A stretch of DNA of 63,866 nt, counting the filler, from Octopus bimaculoides (taxonomy: Eukaryota): assembly GCF_001194135.2 (NCBI RefSeq). It is 8 parts of 7 records of this genome, joined end to end, with 100 filler letters (N's around TTAATTAATTAA, not from the genome) between each part and the next. Parts side by side here need not be neighbours in the genome. Positions count along the whole stretch, not along the records: positions 1 to 7,796 come from NC_068988.1; positions 7,897 to 15,311 come from NC_068999.1; 6 more parts are not named here. One strand, given 5' to 3'. A model generated the notes under the pieces. It saw only the letters and a program-made list of their open reading frames with translations, had not been told where the DNA came from and did no database searches. This document shows, one piece after another, positions 1 to 11,827 of this stretch. The first letter of the stretch is position 1. Each line of letters starts with the position of its first letter. The position numbers and the translations under genes are program-made.

Positions 1-34
<34 letters not shown>

Positions 35-532
35 ATTGCAACAGAATGAAATGACAGTTCACAAGTTAGGCTCATTGTTACCGTTCTTTTATCTCCGGAA
101 CATGATCTGGTTTTTTTTTATCATTTACAATGCATGTTTATAGAAGACCAGCTCAGAATAAGACGAAAACTACTACTCGCAGCAGTTATTCAATACCTAC
201 TTCATTTCCAGAAGTAAGAAACAACTGTTTTTTCCTCAAACGTAAATTGAACTGAAACCAAAATAAACATTTACAAATTGAAACCTGAATAAGAAAAGGG
301 TATATCTCGGCGGTATTCTGACCTGAATACTGATAACAAATTTTCTTGATAATTACATGCATGCAAAAATGTATACACATTCTGCGAAGAAGCTGTGAAC
401 GACAAGAAGCACAACCAAGACGAACACAATAACAAACCATCATCACAACACGGACACGTGACAGCCACTTATAATTTCACAAAAACAAGTAATACATAAC
501 ACTAAAATCACAGCTTGCATCGAAGTACATGA

Positions 533-585
<53 letters not shown>

Positions 586-1939
586 NNNNNNNNNNNNNNN
601 NNNNNNNNNNNNNNNNNNNNNNNNNNNNNNNNNNNNNNNNNNNNNNNNNNNNNNNNNNNNNNNNNNNNNNNNNNNNNNNNNNNNNNNNNNNNNNNNNNNN
701 NNNNNNNNNNNNNNNNNNNNNNNNNNNNNNNNNNNNNNNNNNNNNNNNNNNNNNNNNNNNNNNATATATATGCATATATGGGTACAGGACATCACCAACT
801 GTAAATAACGTGAAATACGAAAGTAAACAAGTTAAATATGCAAACAAAATGAAAATATGGAAAGCAGGACAAGTAACACAAAGAACGACCCTTCATCAGT
901 TGTCGGCTGTCTATCTAATCCTCATTTCGAGCATTCAACGTCAATATGAGTTTTCGAAGACAGTTACTCCCATAAATTCAAAAATAAAATTTTGGATTTA
1001 TGGATGGTCAATGTTGGGAATTTAATTGAACGTCACGCATCCATTTCCAAGTAAGTTTATCTTAACCATTTTGATACGACTTTACTCTATTCTGTTTCCT
1101 CCCCCATCCTTCTCTAATTCCCTATCTGTGTTGGTATTCAGTTGACGGTTATAGCGTTACTTTTTAAATTGAATTGAATTCTGGTCTTATTATCACCTCC
1201 GCTGGTATTACGGTTGAATCGTGGTTTTAAAATGTCTATTAATATTACAATTAATTGTAACAGTTTTGTTTACGTTTTGCTGTATGAAGTACATTATCTA
1301 TTCAGAGGTATTTTTCTTATTTTGAGTTTATGTCCTCAATTAATATTATTGTTATTAATATTATAATTATATTTATTAGTATTATTTGCATAAATATCAT
1401 TAATTATCACAATCATTAATTTAACTAGTATAGTTACTATAGATGGTAAGTTATGTTTCTTTAAACCGTTTGACTGTATATTTAATCCAGTGTGGACATC
1501 CCATAGCCTATTCCTGTCTAGTTTTTATAAGAGTAAATTTAGAAGTGAAAATTCAGTACATTTCTTCCATTTTGCTTCACTAATTATTTCTCAAGCAATC
1601 AAAAATACTTTGTTACTATAATACACACACACACACACACATACGGATGGATGGATGGATGGATGGATGGATGGATGGATGGATGGGTGGGTGGGTGGAT
1701 GGTGGGTGGATGGCTGGATGAATGTGTGAGTGTGTGTGTATGAGTGTGTGTGTATGAGTGTGTGTGTATGAGTGTGTGCGTGTGTGTATGGATGGATGAA
1801 CGGATGACTACAAAATGGCTGAATGGTCGAAAAGATTGCTTGACTGAGTGTCGTTTTGTTACAGTTTTGAGTTCAACCGTAATTTGTAAGTGAAATTTGG
1901 TGTGCAGAAATTGCTTAGAAACCTATCAGATGGATTGTG

Positions 1940-2090
1940 TCTGTAATTCAGAGATCTAACTTTGTTACACGCTGTGTCAAGCTGAATCTGGCTGAGAATC
2001 ATGTTAAGGCTGTATGCTCAATTAGTTATACTTTAGTACAGGATCAAACAACTGAATATTCATCAGTGAAACCAACGGTGATCCAACTTA
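1940..2090 (+). mobile_element. Highly diverged remnant of the SINE-B/B2 3' tail
   Basis: tgtaattcagagatctaactttgttacacgctgtgtcaagctgaatc resembles tgtaattcaaagggtcagccctgtcacactgtgtcacgctgaat of the 28304 copy. Confidence 0.5.
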
Positions 2091-3499
2091 TATATGAGTA
2101 GTGTACATGTGTTGATGTTAGTACGATGTATTGAAAAACATTGTGGGTGCGTCGGTGGTTTTAAATAAAGCCAGGTTATCGTATAACCATGGATATGTTT
2201 TTCGAATTCTCTGTTTATGTAGATTATGTATGCCAGGTTAAAAGTATTTTGGGTAACGTGGACAAGAAAATTGTGGAGATGGCAGCATCTCCATAGGAGT
2301 GTGATTAGGGTTTACACGAAGAAATTTATTTATGTAGAAAAATAATATAAAAACATTACTAAAACTTGAGATGAAGTAATACTGTGGAAGGATAGAGGCA
2401 GAGAAAGGTCTTTTGATGAAACGTTGTGACATAGCAGTTTGTTCAAAATTTATCCAAAAAGCTAAACACTAGCTGGAATCAGTAAGCTGGAAAGTAACTG
2501 AAATATTCTCGTCCGAAACTTGGTCGATTCCAAAACTAACAACAAAGCTTTTTCCCAAGGACAAAATTGTATTTGGAAGAAAACAAGCATTTATTTCAAA
2601 TTGGTCTGACTCGAGGAAAATCTGATGCGTGGTTATCAATGAATGAAATTAGCAAATAAGGTAATCACTGTTACTCGTTTGTGAATTCCCAGTAACCGAA
2701 AAATCGAAATAAACATGCAAATTTATCTAGCAGCGCTTTGCTTCCTTTCAATACATAAAGGTAGTTATTAGTTGTTTTGTTTTGAAAAGTCACTGAGTTC
2801 AAACAAGGTAAATTTGAAACGTTATGACTTTTATTCTGTTCTCGAGTGTATTAGTAAAATGAACCACTTATAACCTAGATTAGAAACTGGAACTGCACAG
2901 CAGAGCCACGAGATGCTTATTTCTACTCTCAACTGAAAGGTCAGCATTAAGAAAACTTTCTAATAATGGATTGCTTCAGTCTAATGTCAAAAGGAATGTT
3001 ATCGTACGTCTCAATCGTTTCTAAGTCCACGTACTATTTCAGTCCATGCACTATTTTAGTCTGAAACAAAAGAATTCTTTATCTTTCACTTTTTACCTTC
3101 TCTGCAAAGTCTACCTCTCTGATATAACACTTACCCTTTCTTTCTCGCCCTCTCTAACTCTCTTTCTACACCTCTCTATAATTCTCATAAATTCTCTCTC
3201 TTTTTCAAATTGCATCTTTACACTGCTTCTTGTTCTTCTACACATCAATGTCATAGTTCTTTACTTCTCTACCAAACACTTAAAAAAAACTTATTCTTTT
3301 GTAAAGTACGCAAATGCATTAACACCCACACAAACACAAACACACATACACACACACTCACACACACACACTTGTGCACATAGATACATATAAGTGCGTG
3401 GCGTGTTTATGTATGTGTATATGTTCACACTTAGCTATGTTTCACGCATGACCTTGTGCTAGCAGTTTTATACCAAGATGCGTATTGGTACATGTGTGT

Positions 3500-4280
3500 T
3501 TCTGTGTACGTGTATGTATGTATGTATGTCTCTTCAATTTTTTAGTTATTATAAACCTTCCACTGAGAAGGGGGCCGGTTTCCAACAAAGATACAAGGCT
3601 CCATATTTGGGATGTAGTTAACACTGACAAATTCACATTTGGAACTTGAGAAAAGTCTTGCATATTTTTACTGTTCAACTCACAGACTGCACTTGTAATG
3701 TACGAATCAGCTGGCCAATTTCTCTTTCTGAAAATCCCAGTTTATCCAGGTTCTCCTTTAAGCATTTACTAACAAAACCTACTGCTCCAATTATTATTGG
3801 TATGAATATGAATTCATAGTCTGGATATAGAAGCTGGAGGTTTCGAAGAAGTTATCTATAGATATCCTCTTTTTCTTTGATTTTCAAAAAGATATTTCTG
3901 TCTGCAGGGAAGCTGACCTGTATGATGGTACATACCTTTACCCCACTGTCCCAAACAACAATATCCGGCCTGTTATGCTTGCATTTCACAGAAGTTTTGA
4001 TGGGAATATTCCACCAGTATTCCTTGAGTTGGCGTTTATGAATGTATTCCAAGTTTATTCTATGTTTACTTCAGGGCAGTCTTTTTTTGTGGATGGCATT
4101 GTAAATTGTTTTAGCAACAACATCGTGCCACATAAGGACGTAGTACCGTGACGAAATTTTAGGACAGCAGCTAATCACATGCGTGGTGTCTTCTACAGAA
4201 ACAAGACATAGCTTACACATGTAGTTGCACCTTGGGATTACTAGAGTGTCACTGTCTCTCTTGCTCACCAGATACTTAGT
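3500..4280 (-). mobile_element. 3' end of a decayed R4/Dong-like (RLE-type) non-LTR retrotransposon
   Basis: Minus-strand translation ATKYLVSKR...CKLCLVSVEDTTHVISCCP (zinc knuckle), HDVVAK, YWWNIPIKT..KHNRPDIVVWD (PD..D endonuclease), ending KICKTFLKFQM* at ~3633; stops and frameshifts present. Confidence 0.85.
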
Positions 4281-4552
4281 GGCAATGTATGCATATATGT
4301 ATGTATATATATATATATGTGTGTGTGCATATATATATAGTTCTCAGATGAGATCCAGAGATTCTCCGTATAGAAGACAGTGGTGCTCAAAACATTTAAA
4401 CTTAGATTCCAATATCTTTACAAGGGATCATTCTACAAGGTAATGACAGGCCATATTTTGCATTTGAAGCTTGATAATTTAGTATATTTGATGTGTTTAA
4501 ATTGTTTATCCCCACAATTGTCTTTTCTATCTCTCTCTCTCTCTCTCTTTTG

Positions 4553-4598
<46 letters not shown>

Positions 4599-5193
4599 TT
4601 ATTAATATTTCTAAGTCTCTCTAAAGGAGACTACGGCAGCGGTACTGGAAATTAATAGTTATATCTCTCCAAACTCACTTGTATATATGTGTGTGTGTGT
4701 ATGTATATATATNNNNNNNNNNNNNNNNNNNNNNNNNNNNNNNNNNNATATATATATATATACATACATACACACACACACATATATACAAGTGAGTTTG
4801 GAGAGATATATACAGGCGAATGCTGTATTATCTCTCAATTCAGTTCCACTTAACGGCTAACCACACAGATCTGTGACTACCATCAGTTGTTAGTATCTCC
4901 GTGAATTCTTCCGATGGAGTATTCCGTGTACGCATCTCTGGAAGGAAAAAAATTGCCTGGAGTATATTAATAATAATAATGATAATAAAGAGTATGGAGA
5001 CTTATACATCTACAAAGTTTATTTCATAGTTATATACATAGTTATATTATTTAAATATCTGATTCTATCGGATGCTGAACAGTTTATGTATGCGTGTATG
5101 CATGTATGTATGTATGCATGTATGTATGTATGTATGAATATATGCATGCATGCATGCATGTATGTATGTATGTATGTGTGTATTTATGTACGT

Positions 5194-6207
5194 ATCATCA
5201 TCATCATCATCATCATTTAACTCTGCTTCCCATGCTGGCATGGGTTGGACGGTTTGACAGGTGCTGGCAAGCTGGAGAACTATGCAGACCCCAAGGGTCT
5301 GCTTTGGCTTCTACTGCTGGATGCCCTTACTAAAGCCAACCACTTTGCAGTGTGTGCTGGGTGATTTTTAATCGGCACCGGAACTTGTAAGACAGAGACC
5401 TCTCAGCTGGGAGAGGGAGCCGAGGTATGCCCATAACGGACATGCCTGCTTATATGGATAGCCGCGAATTTATTTAGCTTGATGCTTGTTCTGAAGTAAA
5501 GCAAATCGTCACAAGTCCCGGTCCTTTGTCATCGTCTCAGTGAGGCCCAGCATCAGAAGATCCTTTCTCACCACTCGTCCCACGTCCTCCTGGGTCTACC
5601 CCTTCCACAGGTTCCCTCTACAATTAAGAAACTGTCCTCATCCATACGCATCTCGTGGCCAAACCAACGCAGTCTTCTTTCTTGCATACAACATCAGATG
5701 ACTCTTATACAGAGATTTTTCTCTTAAATCATTTACACTATGTCGCATATGCACACCAGCATTACCTATTCAGCGGAGCATGTTGGCTTCATTTGCTTCA
5801 AGCCTTCGCAAGTTCTCTATAGTCATAGCCCATGTTTCACTGCGATAGAGCATAGCTGTACGTACACAAGCATCATACAATCTGCCTTTCACTCTGAGAT
5901 AGAGGCCCTTACTTACCAACAAAGATAGTAATACTTTGAACTTTGCCCAGACCGTGCTTATTCTAGCAGCAATACTTTCAGAACTTCTCCCTCTACTGCT
6001 AACTCGGTCGCCTTTGTGACAGAAGCTATCTACACATTCTAAGGATAGCCCCAAACACTTGAGGAAGTCTGTTCCCTGCGCACTTTTAGTGCATTTTGTA
6101 CCTGCACATTTGCCATACGCAAAGATTATTTACTCTGTTAAACTTCTTATGATACCGTTACAATTCTTATATGTCCAAAGCTTGCACTGGATACAACGTG
6201 TATATAT
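5194..6207 (-). mobile_element. 3' part of a decayed RTE-clade LINE with (GAT)n tail
   Basis: ORF 5770-6054 VDSFCHKGD..ARI..WAKFK.LL.LL..KGL.LRVKGRLYDACVRTAMLY.SETWA is an RTE RT C-terminus; 3' UTR ends in catcatcatttaac on the + strand. Confidence 0.9.
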
Positions 6208-6315
6208 NNNNNNNNNNNNNNNNNNNNNNNNNNNNNNNNNNNNNNNNNNNNNNNNNNNNNNNNNNNNNNNNNNNNNNNNNNNNNNNNNNNNNNNNNNNNN
6301 NNNTATATATATATA

Positions 6316-6351
<36 letters not shown>

Positions 6352-6580
6352 TCCAGCAAAAATGAGAATTATAATTGTCTCTACATATGAATAGGGCGAA
6401 AAAGAAAATGCTGAACATTCTTAATACTGAGGTCAATTTTGCTGAAACATTGCAAACTACTGCTTATATTAATTTTATGTATACACATTTGCGAATCGCT
6501 AAATCATCCATGAATTTGGATAACGAAAACATATATACTAATTGACAAGCAAGTCCGAAATGAACTGAACTTTCTAGTCA

Positions 6581-6633
6581 GTCTTAACTGATAAGGCAGC
6601 GGAAATTGCCGAAACTGATGTCAGCATTAAGAC
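6581..6633 (+). ncRNA. Type-I hammerhead ribozyme motif with intact stems and two core substitutions
   Basis: gtcttaa-CTGATAA-ggca(gcggaaat)tgcc-GAAA-ctga(tg)tcag-C-A-ttaagac; stem I 7 bp, stem II 4 bp, stem III 4 bp; G8A and U16.1C. Confidence 0.65.
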
Positions 6634-6863
6634 TTCTCAATCGGCATTTTTCGGACGATTAAGGTCCCTGTTAGTGTATATGTTTATATTTATGTGCATC
6701 AACTATAGCATTACAGCATTTTAACTCTTATTTCTAGCAATGTAGGTGCTTGTAACATCTTAGTCACATTTAAAGACAATTATAATTCTCCTTTTTACTG
6801 AAACATTGCAAACTGCTGTTTATATTAAACATATATATATATACATATGGGCCTGCATACATG

Positions 6864-6894
<31 letters not shown>

Positions 6895-7596
6895 ATGTGT
6901 GTGTGTGTATGTGTTTGTGACACAGAGACACATACAAGCCAGTTTGCGTGAATATGTAAGTATATATTTAGTGGCAAATACAATGAAACTTTTTGTGCCT
7001 GTGAAAGTGTGTATGTGAATGTGTGTTCGTGTGTATGCGTGTGTGTGTGCATGTGCATGTGTTTGCATGAGTGTATTTATTTATGTGCGCGCGTGTGTAT
7101 CACTTCGAGTGACTAAAAGATAAAGGGATTAAATGTGTCAGAGATAAACAACTGGTCATTGTTAAAGTCGAATGTACAGACAGGATCTCTCATAGTGCGT
7201 GTGTGTGTGTGCGTGCGCACACACGCACATATAAGGTTGGAGAGAGGGAAGAGAGAGATATGTTTACACATATGAATACATCTGGATATATGTGTATGGG
7301 GTGTTCACGCGCGAATGTGCTTGAATATGGCTATTTTGTTTATCAACGTTTGAGCGAAACGGTGGTGTTGTTTACTATTCGTTTTGACATTTCGGCCATT
7401 TGATCTGCCGTTTAGAGATTAAAAAGAAGAACTATGCTTAAAATCCACAGGCAGTTGGCCACAGGAAAATATCCTACCTCAAAATTTCTACCTCAGAATC
7501 AATTCCTGTCTAAACTATATATATTCACATGCATATATATATATATTCACATATACCGAAGTAAGCACATAAATGTGAAACAAGGTGGTAAAAAGA

Positions 7597-7737
7597 ATAC
7601 TCAAATACCAGTGGTAGAGTCATATACTTTATTAAAAGCAGCAGAAATGTCACAAATACTGTTACTCAGAGTTTCACGTTCCCGTTCGTCCAAACAAAAC
7701 TGTCCGTGATATTTCTGCTGTGTTTAATAAAGTATAT
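7597..7737. mobile_element. Fold-back terminal remnant (Penelope-like pLTR type) with degenerate hammerhead
   Basis: Inverted arms 7622-7653 / 7706-7737; interior ttactcagagtttcacgttcccgttcgtc is shared with 11608-11637. Confidence 0.55.
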
Positions 7738-7753
7738 TCACATATATACATAT

Positions 7754-7796
<43 letters not shown>

Positions 7797-7840
7797 NNNN
7801 NNNNNNNNNNNNNNNNNNNNNNNNNNNNNNNNNNNNNNNN

Positions 7841-7852
7841 TTAATTAATTAA
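7841..7852. other. Assembly spacer TTAATTAATTAA between N runs (also 15356, 18095, 30748, 37532, 46435, 56501)
   Basis: Identical 12-mer with stops in all six frames, flanked by Ns at seven sites. Confidence 0.9.
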
Positions 7853-7896
7853 NNNNNNNNNNNNNNNNNNNNNNNNNNNNNNNNNNNNNNNNNNNN

Positions 7897-7937
<41 letters not shown>

Positions 7938-8226
7938 AATAATAAAGTTGGCTTATTTGCAATTCACAACCGAAAGACAAAACTGTAGATGTCACTAAAG
8001 TGACTAATGGTAATAGCACCATCATTGCTAGAAATAAGAGTCAAAACAACCCTTCGCCACAACAACGTACTTATCTTGTGACCGACTAGCGACGCAGGCT
8101 CTTTTGAGCAGTCACTCATCAGATAAGTGCGTTCACGTAGTTAAGAGGAGTTTTTACTCTTATTTCTAGCAACGCTGGCGCTAACTAGTACCCTGAATCC
8201 TTTTAGTGACGTCTATATATATATAT

Positions 8227-8390
8227 GAGGCGTGGCTTGTGGTAAGAGGCTTGCTCCCCAACTTCATGGTCTTGGATTCAGTTCCACTCTGAGGAACCTT
8301 AGGCAAGTCTCTTCTAGTTTAGCCTTGGGACGACCACGACCAAAGCCGTGTGAGTGAATTTGGTAGACAGAAACTGAAACAAGCCCGTCG

Positions 8391-8449
<59 letters not shown>

Positions 8450-8740
8450 ATGTATGTATGTGTGCATGTATGTATGTGTGCATGCATTACGTATGTCTGT
8501 ATATATATGTGTGTGTATGTGTGTGCGTGTATTTTTGTATCTGTTTGTCCCCCAACGCCAATTGATAACCGGTATTGGTATGTTCATGTACCCGTAACAT
8601 AGCGGTTCAGAAAAAAACCCGACAGAATAAATACTAGGTTTTAAAAAGACCTGGGGTCGATTTGTTCGACTAAAAAAAAAGAACCTTCAAAACGCTACTC
8701 CTGCATGGCCGCAGTTAAATGACTGAAACAAGTAAAAGAG
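8227..8740 (+). mobile_element. tRNA-headed SINE family A, full length, with internal (TA)/(TG) tract
   Basis: tRNA-like head gcgtggcttgtggtaag..ttcagttccac; body and 3' end aatgactgaaacaagtaaaaga shared with >10 copies in the window. Confidence 0.85.
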
Positions 8741-8773
8741 CATAACACGGGTTTCTTCCATTTACACACACAA

Positions 8774-8774
<1 letters not shown>

Positions 8775-8838
<64 letters not shown>

Positions 8839-9007
8839 NNNNNNNNNNNNNNNNNNNNNNNNNNNNNNNNNNNNNNNNNNNNNNNNNNNNNNNNNNNNNN
8901 NNNNNNNNNNNNNNNNNNNNNNNNNNNNNNNNNNNNNNNNNNNNNNNNNNNNNNNNNNNNNNNNNNNNNNNNNNNAGGGGGGGAGACAGACAGACAGACA
9001 GACAGAC

Positions 9008-9076
<69 letters not shown>

Positions 9077-9186
9077 GGAAGGTAGGTAGGTAGGTAGGTA
9101 GGTAGGTAGGTAGGTAGGATGGTAGGTGTGTGAGTCGGTGTGTGGGTCGGTGGGTAGTTAGGTAGGTATGTACGGTGTGTGTAGAT

Positions 9187-9221
<35 letters not shown>

Positions 9222-9276
9222 GTAGGTAGGTAGGTAGGTAAACAGATAAACAGAGAGAGTTAGAGAGAGACAGAGT

Positions 9277-9360
<84 letters not shown>
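8775..9360. repeat. Compound microsatellite (GA)n/(GACA)n/(GATA)n/(GGTA)n/(GA)n
   Basis: Direct inspection; includes an N gap. Confidence 0.95.
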
Positions 9361-9363
<3 letters not shown>

Positions 9364-9885
9364 GAGGGGGAGGCACATGGAGCTTTTTGAAAGATGTGGG
9401 TTTTTGAAATTTGAAATGTAAAAGCTTTTCTTACAGAAACTTATTCACTAAATGTGGTGCTTTAAATAATTTTGATCATAGAATAATAATAAAGATTTAT
9501 AGCAGAAACTACTTAATATTAGAAGAAAGAAGCCAGCATTGGACGGATGGAATCCATTCGAATGTAAAAGTCTTTAATGGAATAATGCTTACCAGATTAG
9601 TCACTTTGAAAAGATATTCAATAATACGGCTTCACAATGCATCCTTAGATACATGTATATATACTAAGATCTATACATATATATGTGTGTGTGTGTGCGC
9701 GCGCGCGCATGCGTCTGTTTGTGCGTGCGTGTGTGTGTGTGTGNNNNNNNNNNNNNNNNNNNNNNNNNNNNNNNNNNNNNNNNNNNNNNNNNNNNNNNNN
9801 NNNNNNNNNNNNNNNNNNNNNNNNNNNNNNNNNNNNNNNNNNNNNNNNNNNNNNNNNNNNNNNNNNNNNNNNNNNNNNNNNNNNN

Positions 9886-9945
<60 letters not shown>

Positions 9946-10029
9946 TATATACATTGAGCCGCAAAAGAAACGCGAGACGTGTGTGACTGTGAAATATCTT
10001 TCAATTTCATTATGTCAGAGATAAATTTT

Positions 10030-10742
10030 GATAAATCTGATAAAGTCAATTTCTTGGATGCACTTTGACCACAGTCTATGGGCCGTTGTTATGTGTTGTG
10101 GTAGTGGGTGGATCCAGCACATCGAGATTGTAGGGCGTGACATGTTCAATATCGTGTATGCTTTCCTTGGGTGTTCAAAACGGCCATACACCGTCGGTAC
10201 ATGGTGTGCATGAGGCGATTCACAAAAGCCACTGGTACCTGTGTCCACACCATGACGAAAGCTGTCTGCAGTTCCACACGAGTTGTCGACCTTGGGACTA
10301 CCTGGTTCAGCCATCTCTGGATTTCATCCCACAAGTGTTCAATTGGGTTCAACTCCGGGATGAGGGCCGGCCATGGCATGGATCTGATGTTGTGCTGACG
10401 CAGGGAATCCATGGTGACCCTGGCCGTGTACGAATGAGCATTGTCCTGCTGGAACACGTGACTATAGTGACGCGCAGAGAAGGGCACGATGTGAGGTCTA
10501 AGGATTTGGTCAACGTAGTGCTGCGCTGTGATGCCATTCCCTCTGCCTACACCAACATTTTGGAAGGCATGGAGCCCAATTCTCTGATTCAGGCCGATAG
10601 TACCCCAAACTATGATGCTTTGGCCACCTCACGCGTCTCTCTCCATGACACATGCATCTCTGTAGCGTTCACCTCTCCTACGCCACACCCTCATTCTGCC
10701 ATCTGAGGTGGAAACGCAGTACCGGCTCTCGCCAGAGAAGAC
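10030..10742 (-). mobile_element. Tc1-family (DD34E) transposase remnant
   Basis: VFSGES (first D mutated), FQQDNA, WPALIPELNPIEHLW with 34 residues between D and E, ending GKHTRY*; internal stop. Confidence 0.9.
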
Positions 10743-10960
10743 CATGTCCTCCCTCAAACGCTTCAAAACGTTGCAGTAGAACACTCGATTGACAGTCCGG
10801 TATGGGGGGGGGTCGACTTCTCTATGCACAGTACCGCGGATGTCGAAAAAATGACGTGCATGCTCTTGATTAAGCTGCGACTCTGTCGTGCCTTCTTCGG
10901 TCGTGGATGTGAAAGGCTTTTTCCACTGTTACGACTGCTGCCTCATTTCAAGATTGTACA
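10743..10960 (-). mobile_element. mariner-family transposase fragment abutting the Tc1 remnant
   Basis: YNLEMRQQS*QW..FFDIRGTVHREVDPPPYRTVNRVFYCNVLKRLRED resembles the mariner segment after the first catalytic D. Confidence 0.75.
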
Positions 10961-10990
10961 TATGTATGTATGTATATGTATGTACTTGTA

Positions 10991-11160
10991 TATACGATAG
11001 TCTTCTTTCAGTTTCCGTCTACCAAATCCACTCACAAGGCTTTGGTCGGCCCGAGGCTATAGTAGAAGACACTTGCCCATGGTGTCCTGCTGTGGAACTA
11101 AACCTGGAACCATATGGTTGGGAAGCAAGGTGCTTACCACACAGCTACGTCTGCGCCTAT
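10991..11160 (-). mobile_element. SINE-A 5' half
   Basis: Reverse complement of head and body up to the internal microsatellite. Confidence 0.85.
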
Positions 11161-11264
11161 ATATGCATGCATGTATGTATGTATGTATGTATGTATGTAT
11201 GCATGTATGCATGTATGTATGTATGTATGTATGTTTGTATGTATGTATATATGTATGTATGTAT

Positions 11265-11306
11265 GTATGCTGATGAAGGAGCAACGACTCCCGAAATATG
11301 GCATAC
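11265..11306 (+). ncRNA. Hammerhead-like motif, cleavage site degenerate
   Basis: gtatg-CTGATGA-aggag(caacga)ctccc-GAAA-tatgg-catac; stem I 5 bp, stem II 4 bp plus an A.C mismatch; no NUH. Confidence 0.55.
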
Positions 11307-11603
11307 ACGCTCATCACCCATAAACAAATTCAACACATCAAATATACTGAACCACAAAAGACACGTCGCACTGTAAAAGATTATTTGTTTCGACATTAGG
11401 AAGATGTCACTGACCCACAACACCACTCTCTTTTGAAAACAAGAATTGCGTGTAGGGTTCGAACTCGCTCACTTTTAGTGAACATGGTAATGCTCGTGAA
11501 TATATCTTTATGTAAAGCATGATGCAGGGCATAAAAGGCACCCAAATTTACCAGCTTGTCATTCGTTTCCCGAATGCAGAAGCATGCCAAGGAATTTTCA
11601 CAA

Positions 11604-11765
11604 ACTGTTACTCAGAGTTTCACGTGACCGTTCGTCGGAGAGTTACAGTGATATCGTCGCAACTGTCTGACGAACAGTCTTGCGAAACTCTGAGTAAGGG
11701 TTTGTGAAGACTTTTTCGGCTTTAACAAAGAGTATGTTTATCTACTTTTTGGTATTCAGGTACTA
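11604..11765. mobile_element. Penelope-type terminal remnant with two hammerhead motifs in inverted orientation
   Basis: Arms 11608-11644 / 11661-11697 (about 31/37 identical); 11700-11765 resembles the reverse complement of 7597-7660. Confidence 0.65.
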
Positions 11766-11827
11766 CTTACTGCTTACGTGCATATACATATAAATATACA
11801 TATACATATACATATATGCAGTGATTT

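Noticed and set aside
2475-2531. Hammerhead-like ggaatc..GAAAC..GTC-gattcc
   Set aside because: Stem I and the GUC site fit, but the CUGANGA core and stem II are absent
7841-7852. Recurrent TTAATTAATTAA as a biological motif
   Set aside because: Flanked by Ns at seven sites, so a scaffolding spacer; one unflanked occurrence at 31890 is unremarkable in AT-rich DNA
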